Below are positions 51,736 through 64,000 of a stretch of DNA of 64,000 bases, in pieces. Numbering within the stretch: the first letter of the stretch is position 1; every line of letters starts with the position of its first letter. Source of the DNA: Octopus sinensis. Taxonomy: Eukaryota. Both the position numbers and the translations under genes were made by a program. Location of the stretch: the NCBI RefSeq assembly GCF_006345805.1, contig NC_043019.1:19343360-19407359 (forward strand). Direction: 5' to 3'. A model generated the notes under the pieces. That model did not search any database and had not been told where the DNA came from. It saw only the letters and a program-made list of their open reading frames with translations.

Positions 51736-54700
51736 TGTGGTGTGTGCAAGAGATTCGAAATAAAGGCACCTACCTTCTCTTCGCTCAGATGGAGACCCTT
51801 CAGCGGTAATGGATCCTTCAACACAGCCCGACCCGAACGCTAGAAATAGCAGCTGCTTCTCCCAACCTTAACAACGTGCTGACCCCGTCTTACCTGCTCG
51901 GCGACCTGACTCGAAAAGGCAGAATCCTGCCCTACCTGTGCGCGCATCACTGCTGCCCCTTCCGGTCAGCTCCCCAGCTGCTAACGTCATCCCACACGCC
52001 ACCCTCATCTTAAAGATCACAATCTCTCTACTCCATGTTATAGTCCACCATCCAACTGGGAGGGTGCCTTGCGCGTTGAGATCTTCTCAAGCTGGGCACC
52101 TCGTTCTCCTCCTTTCCACAATCGTTGTCCGTCGAAGCGACAATCCTGCGAAGGTCCAAGATGTGTCGCGGCATTCCATTCATGGAGACGTTGTTTCTGG
52201 AATTGACCACCGTCACCGTTTCTCTGCTCCATTGAGACGTACAGCGCGCCTTTGGTGGCTTAACCCAGATTTCCTCCTCTATTTTCACGCAAACGGGTCC
52301 CTTCTCTTCTTTGTGGCCCTCCGGCACTTTACTCGGGTGCCTCCATTCATATTTAAATACAGCTCTCTGCGGCACAGATTCTTCAGCTTGTCTGGATCGG
52401 GGAGACAAGTTGTACCAAAAAACTGCTTCAAGCGGCGAAATGTGCCCTCTTTCCGCTATGGCCTTGACTGTCCGATGGTGCCTCTCTACGATCCCGTTAC
52501 CGCTCGGCCTATACGCTGCTCTGAACAAGCGATGCACCTTCCACCGGTCAAGCATATCCCTCAATGCTTCCGAACGAAACGCCGCCCCATCAGCAGTTCT
52601 TCTACGGGACCTCTCTCTAAAAATATCCCGTTCAAAATCTGCGCAATCTCGTCAGCAATGCCCATTCTCAACTCCCTCTGGCCGGCCCGGCCCACAGTCG
52701 ACCATGATGAGAGAGATACATTCCCTAACGGTAGTGCGTCACATCCACAGCTCTCCTTTTCCAGTTGTGCTCCATTCCGTCTTGGGCACGTACCAGTTCC
52801 CCCTGACCGGGTCTTCCGCTCTCGTCCTCTCTAGGATTCCCTGCATCATCGCCACCATCCCTTCTCCCACCTTGTCGCCCCCAACTCTCACCCTCCGCTC
52901 GTCTCTTGGTGTAACTGCACGCCGTTCGCAGCCATCCAGCGATCGGGTAGTGACCGACCAACTTCCCACACACCGAGAACAGCTCTCTCCTGCTGACGCT
53001 GGAACTCAGCTCTGGGATTTCATTCCCTCTCCGGAACACCAATTCACCCGATCCATCTCTTCGCAGCTTCAGCCCCAGTACGGCTCCCCCTTTCATCGAC
53101 TCCGGTGGCTTCGCAATCAGTCCGAACTTCTCCAGATGTCTAACTACCTCGTTGGCTGGCACTACAGTTTCGTCCACCAAAATGTCATCAATGTAGGAGC
53201 TGGTGGCCTTTCAAATCTTGCCTTCTTTCCCTAGGACGGACTTAAGCACTGCCTCCATGATCTTCGGAGCGGAATTCAGCCCTAAACCCAACCTGGTTAA
53301 ACAGTACGTCCAGCCTTTGTACCGCACCAGCTGATATCGCCACAGTTTGTCGCTCACATGGAGATGCAAGTATGCCGATTTCAAGTCAACAATTGTTGCT
53401 GCCTTGGTCGACCGTCTCCACGCACGTAACATCTCGCCACAAACGTCTGTCACCTCACCTCCTGTGTGACACGATATATGCTGGTTTAGCTCCCTGAAGT
53501 CCAGCACCGGTCTGACTTTTCCCTTCGTAGGCTGCACCATCGCCATCAGGGGTAGCACTCCGCCCGCTACCTCCTCCTCCCAAGAGACAAGGACCCCTTC
53601 CTCGATCCACCTCTCCACCTCATCTTCAAACTTGACCCTGGCATGGCCTTTCAGGGCATGCTGGTAACAGCTCACTCTGTTTTTCAGCATCGGGGGCTCG
53701 TCCTTCCATCATCCACCGCTGACCATCGAACGCCGCCTGAAAATCTTTGTCCTCGATGGTGTAAGCGGCGCAGTCTCTCACGGGGCTCTGCTCTCTCTGG
53801 CGATCCTGACTCGCAGTGCACGACGCCCCACGCTTCCGAACGTGACCTCATCTCCCACAATACTGACGCCACTGAGGCGGTTGATGGCGTCCATCCCCAT
53901 CACCACATCAACCCCATCTATCACGTGTTCAGCCACAATTACTTGCAGCCTTAGCGTCGTACCATGCACCACTATCTCTACCTTGCTGCTGCCTCTGCAA
54001 TGGATTTCGCTGCCGTCGACTGCCCGGACGCTACTTGCCCCGTTCCATTTCTTCGTCACCCTTGAAGTCACAAGGGTGGTCATGCAACCCGTATCCACAA
54101 GGGCCTTGAACGTCTTCCCCTCGGCCTCCACATCAATTAATGGTAGTGTCTCCAAAAGCGCCTCCACTCGTTTGCGGGGAAAGTTCGAGAGACAGCAACT
54201 TCCCCGCAGTCGTTTCCCTGGTCGCAATCATGGGTGGTGTGCCCTGTCTGCCTGCATCGATAGCAAACGGGCCCCGGTTGCGTACACTCCCTCGCCATGT
54301 GCGAACCCTGACATGTAAAACACCGACCTGAGAACGGCCGCTGTCGTTGCACGGTAGGCTTCTGCACGTCTTTCTACGGCCGTCGTCCGTCTTTACGCAC
54401 CTCCGTCACTGCCATCGCTATCGCCTTCCGACCAGAGTGTCGTGTCAACACGCGGGCTTGAGTCACAAGTTCGCTCAGCGCCATCTTTTTACTCCTGGGC
54501 AAATGTTGTAGGTGAATCCCTACTTTGTCGGGGAACCCATTTACGAACGCCAGTCGCGCTGCTCTCTCCAGCCCTTCTCCTGTAAACCCAGCCAGCGTCG
54601 CTAACCTTCAAACTTCTGCCGCGTATTCCTCCACCTGTCCTCCCGTCCATCTGATCGTACCCAGCTTAGCAAAAGCTGTGTACTCACACTCTCTGTAGGC

Positions 54701-55205
54701 ATCCCTCAGACGTTGCTCTATCTTTTCCTCGCTCAGACGTTCTTCCTCGTCCATCTCAAGATATAGCGTCAACGCGCTCACTTCCAAATACAGCGCCATA
54801 AGACTTGCCACATTGCTTATACCTTGCAGTCTTGCCACCAGCCTGATTTTACGCATCCAGGCCACTACATCGCCTTTACCATTAAAGGGTCTGATGATGT
54901 CGCTGGTGATCCTGATTTTCGCTGCCATCGTGGTGATGTCTTATATAGAATGCCGAAATAGCTTGTGGTGTATGCTAGAGATTCGAAGTAATGGATCAGT
55001 AGAGATTCAGCGGTAATGGATCCTTCAACACAGCCCGACCCGAACGCTAGAAATAGCAGCTGCTTCTCCCAACCATAACAACGTGCTGACCCTGTCTTAC
55101 CCACTCGGCGACTTGCCTCGAAAAGGCAGAATCCTGCCCTACCTGAATGCACGCGTCACTGCTGCCCCTTCTGGTCAGCTCCCCAGCTGCTGACGTCATC
55201 CCACA
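51736..55205 (-). mobile_element. Ty3/gypsy LTR retrotransposon, complete boundaries, decayed gag-pol
   Basis: LTRs 51736-51996 and 54964-55205 with TGTGG...CCACA termini; TSD GTGGT (51731-51735 and 55206-55210). Gag has two Zn knuckles; protease LVDTGC; RT DLKSAY...YIDD; integrase YRPSGNGIVERHHRTVK; purine tract before the 3' LTR. Confidence 0.95.
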
Positions 55206-55989
55206 GTGGTTTGGTTTATTGGGGTAGGGAGAATAGATAAACTCAGAAGTTAAAGCAAAATAGCAAAAGTTAGAGCAGCTTTGTGACTGTCATGATTGAA
55301 GAGTTATTAGAGTTAATTGAAGTCAGAAAATCTATGGCTGTGAACTTCTTGGTTGAATTGGCTGCTAAAACAACGACTGTTTCTTTCTGTTCCGGTTGAA
55401 AAACAGAAATGAAAATGAAAATGTTGTTTTTGTAGCAGTGACCTCCAAAATTCTTCTATTAATAAGCTGTTAGAAGGGTTCTAGAAGGTTGTATGAGATG
55501 ATGGCTCAATGCTGATTGGTCAGTTAATTGACCAATCATACGAAATGATTATGGCTAAGCCATGAATCTTACCCAGTAATTCAATTATTTGCTTTTGAAT
55601 CTGCTACAATGTCACTGTTTAGTATAGGCTGTGCATAGGAGAGTGATAAGGCTGAATAATATTATTTCACTTGGGTTTTGTTGGTCCTTAGAACTCTTAT
55701 GATTTTATTTAAATTCCAGTTTCTAGGAATTTCATGATGTTGACATGGTAGTTGTTAGGATTGAAGAAGTCTTTCAGGTCCAAGGTTTTTTTTTTTATGT
55801 TTGAGATTTCGTCTGGTCCTGACATTTTCATGAAGTACATTTTGTCCCATAATTCATGGGTGTTGTTGTTAAGCTCTAGACTGATTGGAAATATAATCAA
55901 GCTCATTCCAGCTGTAATCATCCAATCTTTTCCTTGTCATCAACAGTGGTGCCCGTGCATTCAGTTTGTAGGTGGGGTCGGGGAGGGGG

Positions 55990-58450
55990 TTCTGCTGTCG
56001 AGAATGATGGGCTTTCTGATATCTGATGGCTAATAAGCCCAGTTCTTACTCTGAATAGCTTTTTGCGAGTATCACATTGGATTGTAGGTGTTGGTGAGGG
56101 ATGGATTGCTCTATATTTCCTATGTTGTCATTTCATTCCGCTGTCCATTCTTCCATTTTTCCTGTGATGGAGGGAAGGATATTTCACAATAATTGCCACA
56201 GATGTTGTGATCCCCTTTTTCAAATCAGTTCATCTTTAAACTCATTTGGGGGGTGTTTAACTTTCCACATTCATAGGGTCAAAGTGTGTCGACCATGTAG
56301 CAGGAGCTCTGCAAGAATTTTGTCAGATCCTGTAGCTTTTCTGTGGTGCATTTGCCTCAAGGTTACACAAAATTCATCGTAGGTGGTTGCAGAAGACATC
56401 CAGAGCTGAGGAGCTCATTGTGGCACATTTCTTTGAAAACCATCATCAGTGGTCAAATTCCTATTGAGCAGGCATTGAAGTAGTCTGCTCGCTATTTAAG
56501 GATGTCATAAGAGGGTGTTGTCTGCCGATTGGACTGAAGCATATATATTCTTGGTTGCTGCATAGAAGCTGTGGAGATCAGCAATGTTGGCAGTGTGCTG
56601 CAGTTCCTCAGCCTTTTGTTTCCACTGGTTGTTCTGGATTTCCTTTATTCTGGTTTGACATTGAGCTTTCAGGACTTTGAATTGTGCCTTTCCTCCACTG
56701 ATAGTGGGCCTTGTTTGTAGCTGATTCAAGCTTTCCATTTTGCATCTGTTAGTGCTGTGATTTCAAGGTCATTACCATCAAACCATTCCTGGTTTTTCCT
56801 TTTTCTGAAACCAATAGTTGTTTCAGCTGCATCTTTTACCACTTCTCAGCTTCTCAAATAGGGGTCCATTTTGTGTCTGTGATGTCTTGTTTGGTGGGTT
56901 CACAGCAAGGCATTGTTGGACTTCCCTATGGAAGTTCTCACATACAGTCAGGTCTTGTAACTTGGTCGAATCATGTATCTTGCCTCATTTTGTGAGCAAT
57001 TTCAGTGCTTGTGTCAGAGGTTTAGCTTTAGTCTCATCATAAGGAGGCAATGATCTGTCCAGCAGTTGTCAGCCCCGGGCATACTTCTGGTAATGAGAAC
57101 ATCCATCTTATGGCACTGCCTTACACTGCTGTAGTCAAGTGTCTGCCATTTTCTTGACCGTGAGTATTTCCAGGTTGTTTAATGTTAGGTCAGGAGTCGG
57201 AACTGGGTGTTTGTAATGAACAGAGCATGTTCAACACAGAGGTGACCATTTTCATTACAGTTTCCAATTCCTCCTCTCACAATTATATTTGGTCATAATT
57301 AGTGGTTGTTTCCTACTCTAGCATCAAAGCCACTCATGAGTAGGAGGTTGTCTCTATTTGGAACATGTGAGGTAGTGGTACCCAGTTGCTGGTAAAATGC
57401 CTCTTAAGGTCTTCCCCTGCATCAAGTGTTAGGGCATAGGCAAATATGAAGGTCAGGAAATAATTCCTTGAAAGTAGGATACATATTGTCATGAGGTGCT
57501 CATTGATGGCTTTGAGTGGCAGGCTGTGTGTTTGGACTAGTTGGCTCTTAAGGGTAAAGCCAAAACCATAGTCGTACTGATTTTCATGGTTTTTGCCCTT
57601 CCAAACTCTGGTCTCTTCATGCTGGCCTTCACTTGGAAGTTGGGTCTGACTTAAAGTGTTAATGTCAACTTGGAATCTGGCAAGTTCCCTTGGGACAAAT
57701 GCTGTTCTCCACTCAGGGCATTCTACATCCTTCCAGATCAAGAGAGTTTGTACATCCCAGGTTCCACTAGTGATTTGGGTAGGATTTGTTTGTCGGTTTC
57801 TTATGTTGCAACTGTATTGTTGAGTGTCCTGTTTGAGTATAGTTCCCCAAACCAGGAGTATAATGTGACTGCTGATGTTTAACCCACATTTTCTAGGTGC
57901 TTCCCTGTTTGACTGTGACACTCCCAAAAAGCACTGCCCAGTCACAAGTGCAGGACCAGATTCCTGTGTAGTCATAGGCTACAGGAAGGCACACATCACA
58001 CACCTGCCACCAAAGTATGAGTCCAGACTAGGAGCTTCCAGTTACACTACAACCTGCCCCCAACATCGTTATTGCATTGCCTTTGGACTTATGTAAAATC
58101 TAGGGAGTAAGAGAGAAGCAGAAGAAAAGGATTGAGGCTGAAATGAGCCGTTGGTGTAAATTTGTAAGTTGAACAACAATTTACTTGGCTGAAACCCACT
58201 CACTATGATTCTAGGTTTTTGTTTTTGAGGCACACATGGTGTAACATGCTGACTCAGACACGGAGGTGCATCTGTCTGCCAAGAATCCAGACGTTTGAAT
58301 TTGCCTCTGAAGTTATAGGTCCCAATCTATGGGGCTTTGGTTTCCTCAGCCAGACCAACTGGCAAGGGTATTTTAAGTCTGGGTATTTTCCCTTCTTTTG
58401 GCATAGCCTATTGGTGGTGTTGGGGTGTCGATGAGAGACCTTCATTTGTT
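55990..58450 (-). mobile_element. RTE (BovB-like) LINE, decayed with an internal deletion
   Basis: APE domain GTWDVQTLL...PEWRTAFVPRELARFQVDI, INEHLMT, AYALTL; KATGSDKILAELL; C-terminal RTGLISHQ. Confidence 0.85.
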
Positions 58451-59769
58451 GGGTTCATTATTTACCCATAGCTAGGATCCTAATACGTGCTATCACCCCA
58501 GGTCAGGGTGAACCTGGGAACAACAGCAATTAAGAGATGATTCCAAATTCCTCAGAACATCCAATCTTCTGATCAGATGCCTTGCTGCCAGATGTTATTT
58601 ATTGTCTTACCCAGCACATGTAAACCTGCAATAGCATCATCCATTTTTCTTTAAAGAGCAGTGAAGGAGGTTTGGCTGCTTATTCGGGCAGGTCAAACAA
58701 CCACTTAGAGGTATCCTCTGTTATTGTTCCTAAATTCTTTGCTTTTTGTTTGTTGATTTCAGAGCAATAATCTTTGTATTGTAGTTTGAGAATATCATTG
58801 AAGGTTGTTATTGAAATCTGAGATGTTGTATTTTACAGCCTATTTTGTCATTCATATTGGAAACGAATATTTTGCAAATCTTTTATTTTACTTATTTTTT
58901 TGTTTTCATTTTCTTTTAGTTGTTTGTTGTAGGTCCAATATTTTGTGGTGTTGGCTTGTTGAGGTAGGTTCTGTTGAATTTTGTGGTGTGAGACCAATTG
59001 AGGCACTTGGTGTTGAATTGATGTGTTTTTCCCTTTCTTCTTTCTTTTTGTTTTTTCTTTTTCTTTCCTTGATCCCCTTATTCTATTTTCATATTTGGAT
59101 CAGCGTCGCCTTACTGGCACTTGTGCCGGTGGCACGTGAAAAACATTCGAGTGAGGTCGTTGCCAGTGCTGCTGGACTGGCTTCTGTGCAGGTGGCATGT
59201 AAAAACACCATTTGAGCGTGGCCGCTGCCAGTACCACCTGACTGGCCCTCGTGCCAGTGACACGTAAAAACCACCCACTACACTCACGGAGTGGTTGGCG
59301 TTAGGAAGGGCATCCAGTTGTAGAAACTCTGCCAGATCAAGATTGGAACCTGGTGCAGCCATCTGGTTCGTCAGTCCTCAGTCAAATCGTCCAACCCATG
59401 CTAGCATGGAAAGCAGACGGTAAACGATGATGATGATGATGATGATGATGATGAGGTACAAATTATAAAGCTATGTTTAACCCATAGATAAAATAAACTA
59501 TCCGTTTTCCAGTTTATTATTTAACAATATCGACGTTTTGTATGGGTTTCATACACATGGATTGTTTTTACTTAACTATATTAATTGAAATTACCTGCGT
59601 AAATTAATTGACAAAAACTTTCGCAGGGTTTAAAATATAAAATAACGGCAAATAATTGAATTATCTCCCTTCACATTTTGCCTTTCAAAATTCCTTCTTT
59701 TGGCTGGGATCCTTTCAAAGGCAGGGGTCAGCTTATATTGCAATGTAAGACCCTGGCAAAAGTTTACCG

Positions 59770-60527
59770 GTACAACTAGCGTACAGTGGTCCCGGTGCGC
59801 GCACTCGCGATAGCTAGTCGTAAGTAGTCGATCCTACAACGACTTTTTAACCCTAACCTTAGTTTGTTTATAAAAAAATAATTGTTCTTTTGAAATTACC
59901 GTTCATGGGGAAGTATTGATGGACATGTGTGTGTGTGTGTGTGTGTGTTTGATGGGGTGTGGGAGACACAAAATGTATGTTGTGTAAGTGAAGTGCTTCT
60001 GTTAGTATGTGTGAAGAGACAGAGAGAGTAATGTGTGAAAGAGAGAGATAACTGAAATTTTTTACTCGGTGTATGTGTATGTGTGTGTGTGTATGTATCT
60101 ATGTATGTGTGTGTGTATGTATGCATGTATGTGTGTGTGAGTATGTATCTATGTATGTGTGTGAGTATGTATCTATGTATGTGTGTGAGTATGTATCTAT
60201 GTATGTATGTGAGTATGTATCTATGTATGTGTGTATCTATGTATATTACTTCAAAAGTTCCCGCGAGCCCATATGTAAAAAAAAAAAAAAATTTTTTACG
60301 GAAATCGACGGAAAGGTCTACTAGAGACGAAAGATCGCCGATTAATTTATTTATTTAGTTAAAAAAATTATTTACTTTGCGTTTTATTTACTTTGTTCGA
60401 AAAATATTATTTAATTTTCTTTGCTATGTATTCAGCCTTGAAATACAAACATAGGCGTTGTAGGATCGACTACTTACGACTAGCTATCGCGAGTGCGCGC
60501 ACCGGGACCACTGTTCGCTAGTCGTAC
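59770..60527. mobile_element. MITE-like element with 72-bp TIRs and an internal (TG)n/(TATG)n microsatellite
   Basis: 59770-59841 and 60456-60527 are inverted copies (2 mismatches); CpG-rich TIR; a related single end lies at 63290-63442. Confidence 0.85.
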
Positions 60528-60845
60528 CTTCAGCTGAGATAATGGAAAGGTTTATTAACTTATTATATCACAATGTAAGAGCCTGGTAAAAGTTTACCGA
60601 GACCCTTGACATAAGTTAGGCTTTAGCCATTCCAGTTAAGATAATCAGGTACGCCTAGCACACACACACACACACACACACGCAATGGCTGGCAGCATTT
60701 GAGGGCATCGAACGAGGTTTTTAGATGTAAACAAACGTTTCATGTCGACAGCGACATTGTGTTTCAACTGGGATGACATTAGCGAGAAATGTCACTAATT
60801 TTGTGTTCACTGAACGTCTCCCTTCTGGAAAATAATTAAATAAAT

Positions 60846-60984
60846 AGGAGTGACTGTGTGGTAAGTAGCTTGCTTACCAACCACATGGTTCCGGGTTCAG
60901 TCCCACTGAGTGGCATCTTGGGCAAGTGTCTTCTGCTATAGCCCCGGGCCGACCAATGCCTTGTGAGTGGATTTGGTAGACGGA

Positions 60985-61065
<81 letters not shown>

Positions 61066-61257
61066 ATGTGTTTGTGTTTGACAACCGATGCTGGTGTGTT
61101 TAGGTCCCCGTAACTTAGCGGTTCAGCAAAAAAAAAACCGATAGAATAAGTCCTGGGCTTACAAAGAATAAGTCCTGGGGTTGATTTGCTCGACTAAAGG
61201 TGGTGCTCCAGCATGGCCGCAGTCAAATGACTGAAACAAGTAAAAGAGTAAATAAAG
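60846..61257 (+). mobile_element. tRNA-derived SINE family A, near full-length
   Basis: Head ggagtgactgtgtggtaag...gggttcagtccc, internal (TA)n(TG)n, CR1-like tail; other copies at about 7700-8060, 14030-14250 (-) and 48433-48600. Confidence 0.9.
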
Positions 61258-62252
61258 ACGGGCACCCGTCAGCGCATCTGGGACAGAATGTGGTTGAGGG
61301 TCTTTTGGAATTAAGAGAGTTTTGAAAAAGTTAGTTTTTTTCTTTGTACACTCGACAACAAAAAATTAGATTTTTTGGGGGGTTTTTGGTAATTCGTATT
61401 TAGAAAGTGGGTCTTTGGTTTTGGCTGTTGTTTTGTAGCTTGTTGGACTTTTCGGTTGGAGCGTACTTAAAAATTGAAGATTTTGAAAACCCCCAAAACA
61501 CATTTTCAAAATGTTAAACCCCCCCCCCCTCTGGCAGAGAAAAATAAAAGCGCGAAGGAGGAAATTAAAATTTGGGAAACGTGATTCGTCGTTTAGCTGC
61601 TGTTTCTAGCATGGCGAGTTTTCTGCTTAGATACTTTTTATGTCTGCTATTTTAGTAGGAGGGCGTGTTTGTATATTATTATTTTTTTTTTGAAAAATTT
61701 AAATTTTACAAAATATTTTTTTTTCAGAATCATAAATCTCCATATTTTTCTACGTGTTTTGCCAAAAGAATTTCTAAGAAAAGTGAAAAATCGGGATGAG
61801 TGGGGGAATTAAAAGTTTGAAATGCCGATATTTTTTTTGCAGATTCGGAATCATCGCAGTCGAAAAAAGAGAAAAAAATAAATAAATAAAGGGGGAAGAT
61901 AGGGGATGCGGTCCATGTCTTTTACCTCCACTGAGTTAGGGTTACAAAGATGCGTCAGGACCTCTATATTTAGGTAGTACCGAGGGTTCACCATCCCTGA
62001 GTAAAATTGGAAACAGCATTCTTACATTCGACTTTGTTTCCTCATTATCCTCAGAAAAATGGATATTTTTTAATGAATTCTTCTACAAATATACTTCAGA
62101 TGGTGTTCGGAAAATTCACAGGAGTTGACTTTGTTTCCTCATGACTTTTAGAAAAATGAATATTTTTCTATTGAAATTGTCTACAAATACCTTTTAGGGT
62201 GTGTAAATTACGATTGAAAAAGAAGAATCAAAATTACCACATATTCCACATA

Positions 62253-62890
62253 GGCGCAGGAGTGGCTGTGTTAAGTAGCTTGCTTACCAACCACGTGGTT
62301 CTGGGTTCAGTCCCACTGCGTGGCACCTTGGGTATGTGTCTTCTACTATAGCCTCGGGCCGACCAAAGCCTTGTGAGTGGATTTGGAAGCCCGTCGTATG
62401 TATGTATATGTATATAAATATATGAGTGTGTGTGTTTGTGCTTGACAACCGATGCTGGTGTGTTTTAGTCCCCGTAACTTAGCGGTTCGGCAAAGAGACT
62501 GTTAGAATAAGTACTAGGCAGTTTTCAACACAATTTCTAGTTAACTAAACACTTTAAAACTTCGTATTCTGGTAGAATGTGTCAAAATAAAACATTTTTT
62601 TCTCTTGGCTTTCTTGAGAAAATTGTAATTTGTTTGTTTAACGTAGTTTAACTTTTCGAATTTTAACCAATCCTATGCTCTCTTTTGAGCTAAAATCATT
62701 TGCTCCGTCTAAACCCGTTATGTTTACGTAAACAGCTACGTTAAACAAACAAATTACAATTTTCTCAACAAAGCCAAGACAAAAAAATGTTTTATTTTGA
62801 CACATTCTACCAGAATACGAAGTTTTAAAGTGCTGGGGTCGATTTGCTCCAGCATGGCCGCAGTCAAATGACTGAAACAAATAAAAGAGT
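62253..62890 (+). mobile_element. SINE family A copy interrupted by a MITE
   Basis: The SINE runs 62253-62519 and resumes at 62833 (ctggggtcgatttgctccagcatggccgcagtc). Confidence 0.85.
62520..62832. mobile_element. AT-rich MITE with 97-bp inverted repeats
   Basis: 62550-62646 and 62736-62832 are inverted copies (2 mismatches); about 30 bp at the left end has no right-hand partner. Confidence 0.85.
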
Positions 62891-63519
62891 ATTCCGATAT
62901 AATGAGAATCTACACCACCTGAAGTGTTTTTATAGGAAATTTCATTAAAAAAATATCTATTTTTCTGGAAGTTACGAGGTAATAAAGTGAGAGGTGGGAC
63001 GTGTTGGAATGCCTGGGAAACGAAGCTGACCCCGTGCTGGGGCCGGTCACTCAACCTTCCGAGTAAATTTGGTCGGCGAAAACTGAGCAAGTCGGTCGTG
63101 GACATTTTGCTTAATGTCCCTGGAAATTGGTTGATTTGTTCGACTAAAACATTTGAAAGTGGAGTGCGATTGGGATGGCCGGGTCATCGTGACCGAAACA
63201 AAAAGGTCCTCATTTACTGCTTTCAATCTTTTTTCTGCAGTTTTTCACTCCGGCCATGCTGGAGCACCGACTTTTACTGGATCATGTCGAGGATCCTTAC
63301 TTTGTGTTTTATTTACTTTGTTTAACAAAAATTATTTATTTTGTGTTTTATTTACTTTGCTCGGTAGTCGTTGTAGGATCGACTAGTCACGACTAGCTAG
63401 CGCGGATGCGCGACTATGAGAGTGCGCGCACCGGGACCACTGCTCTCAAGTAATTCCGACCCCAGTTGTTATTTTAATGATTCTTATTATCAAACGATTA
63501 GTTTTAATCCAACTATTTC

Positions 63520-63716
63520 GCGCCTGTTATTAATAATAATCGTCCGTCGCTATTAGAAAGACTCGCGACAGGTCGTAAAATGGAGATAGTTTTAAAAAGT
63601 ATAAAATAAGACGAAGAAAGAAGAGAAAGTGATGGGAAAAAGTTAGCGAGGCGAAGAAAGAGAAAGTGAAATTGTGGCAGTTGGTAGTGAAATAGTTTGG
63701 AGACCGAGTGTTAATG
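63520..63716 (+). other. Possible first exon of a host gene ending in ATG|GTGAGT
   Basis: CpG-retaining, purine-rich non-repeat segment ending aatg|gtgagt (donor 63717-63722), followed by T-rich intron-like sequence. Confidence 0.3.
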
Positions 63717-64000
63717 GTGAGTCGAAAAAGCAACCGTTTATTGCTATTCAACCTAACCGAGTGTAATTTCTTTGTTTATATCGTTTCTCATTGTGTTTTT
63801 TATGTCCTGTACCCTTTTAATTTCAGTTGACATATTCCCTCTCACCTTTGCCACTCTCTCGCATATACAGGTGCTTGCACTTATCAAGTGTTCACCCTCA
63901 ATTCACAGTCCCTACATGTATATATACAAGCTGGCAACCTTACGGATTGCCTTTTTCTCTTTCTTAAATTGCTCTACCCTCCCGATCTTGGTACTTATAA

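Noticed and set aside
51938-54318. Long plus-strand ORFs (298, 307 and 158 aa)
   Set aside because: Antisense shadows of the GC-rich gypsy pol.

Overview
AT-rich, repeat-dominated eukaryotic DNA with no long intact host gene. The SINE and RTE-tail families and the very long (TA)n/(TATG)n tracts look like an octopus (coleoid cephalopod) genome; this is inferred from repeat recognition, not a search. Autonomous-type element remnants: two mariners (one full-length, 9591-10880), a maT/Tc1-like relic, a complete but decayed Ty3/gypsy element with both LTRs and a 5-bp TSD (51736-55205), two CR1-clade LINE copies, RTE LINE fragments, four Penelope-like fragments and a REL-type LINE end. Non-autonomous repeats: several tRNA-derived SINE families and MITEs. 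Tandem DNA: a 7-kb microsatellite tract and a 3.3-kb 26-bp satellite beside a 100-N gap. Only a few isolated candidate host exons are supportable. Most interesting: a type I hammerhead ribozyme fold in a short element inside the microsatellite (34831-34919); a palindromic tRNA-headed element with hammerhead-like cores and an 11-bp flanking direct repeat (20860-21333); a 5S rRNA copy fused to a 5'-truncated CR1; a SINE sharing its 3' tail with that CR1 family; a TTAGGG patch in register inside the satellite; and several near-perfect palindromes. All alignments and folds were done by eye.
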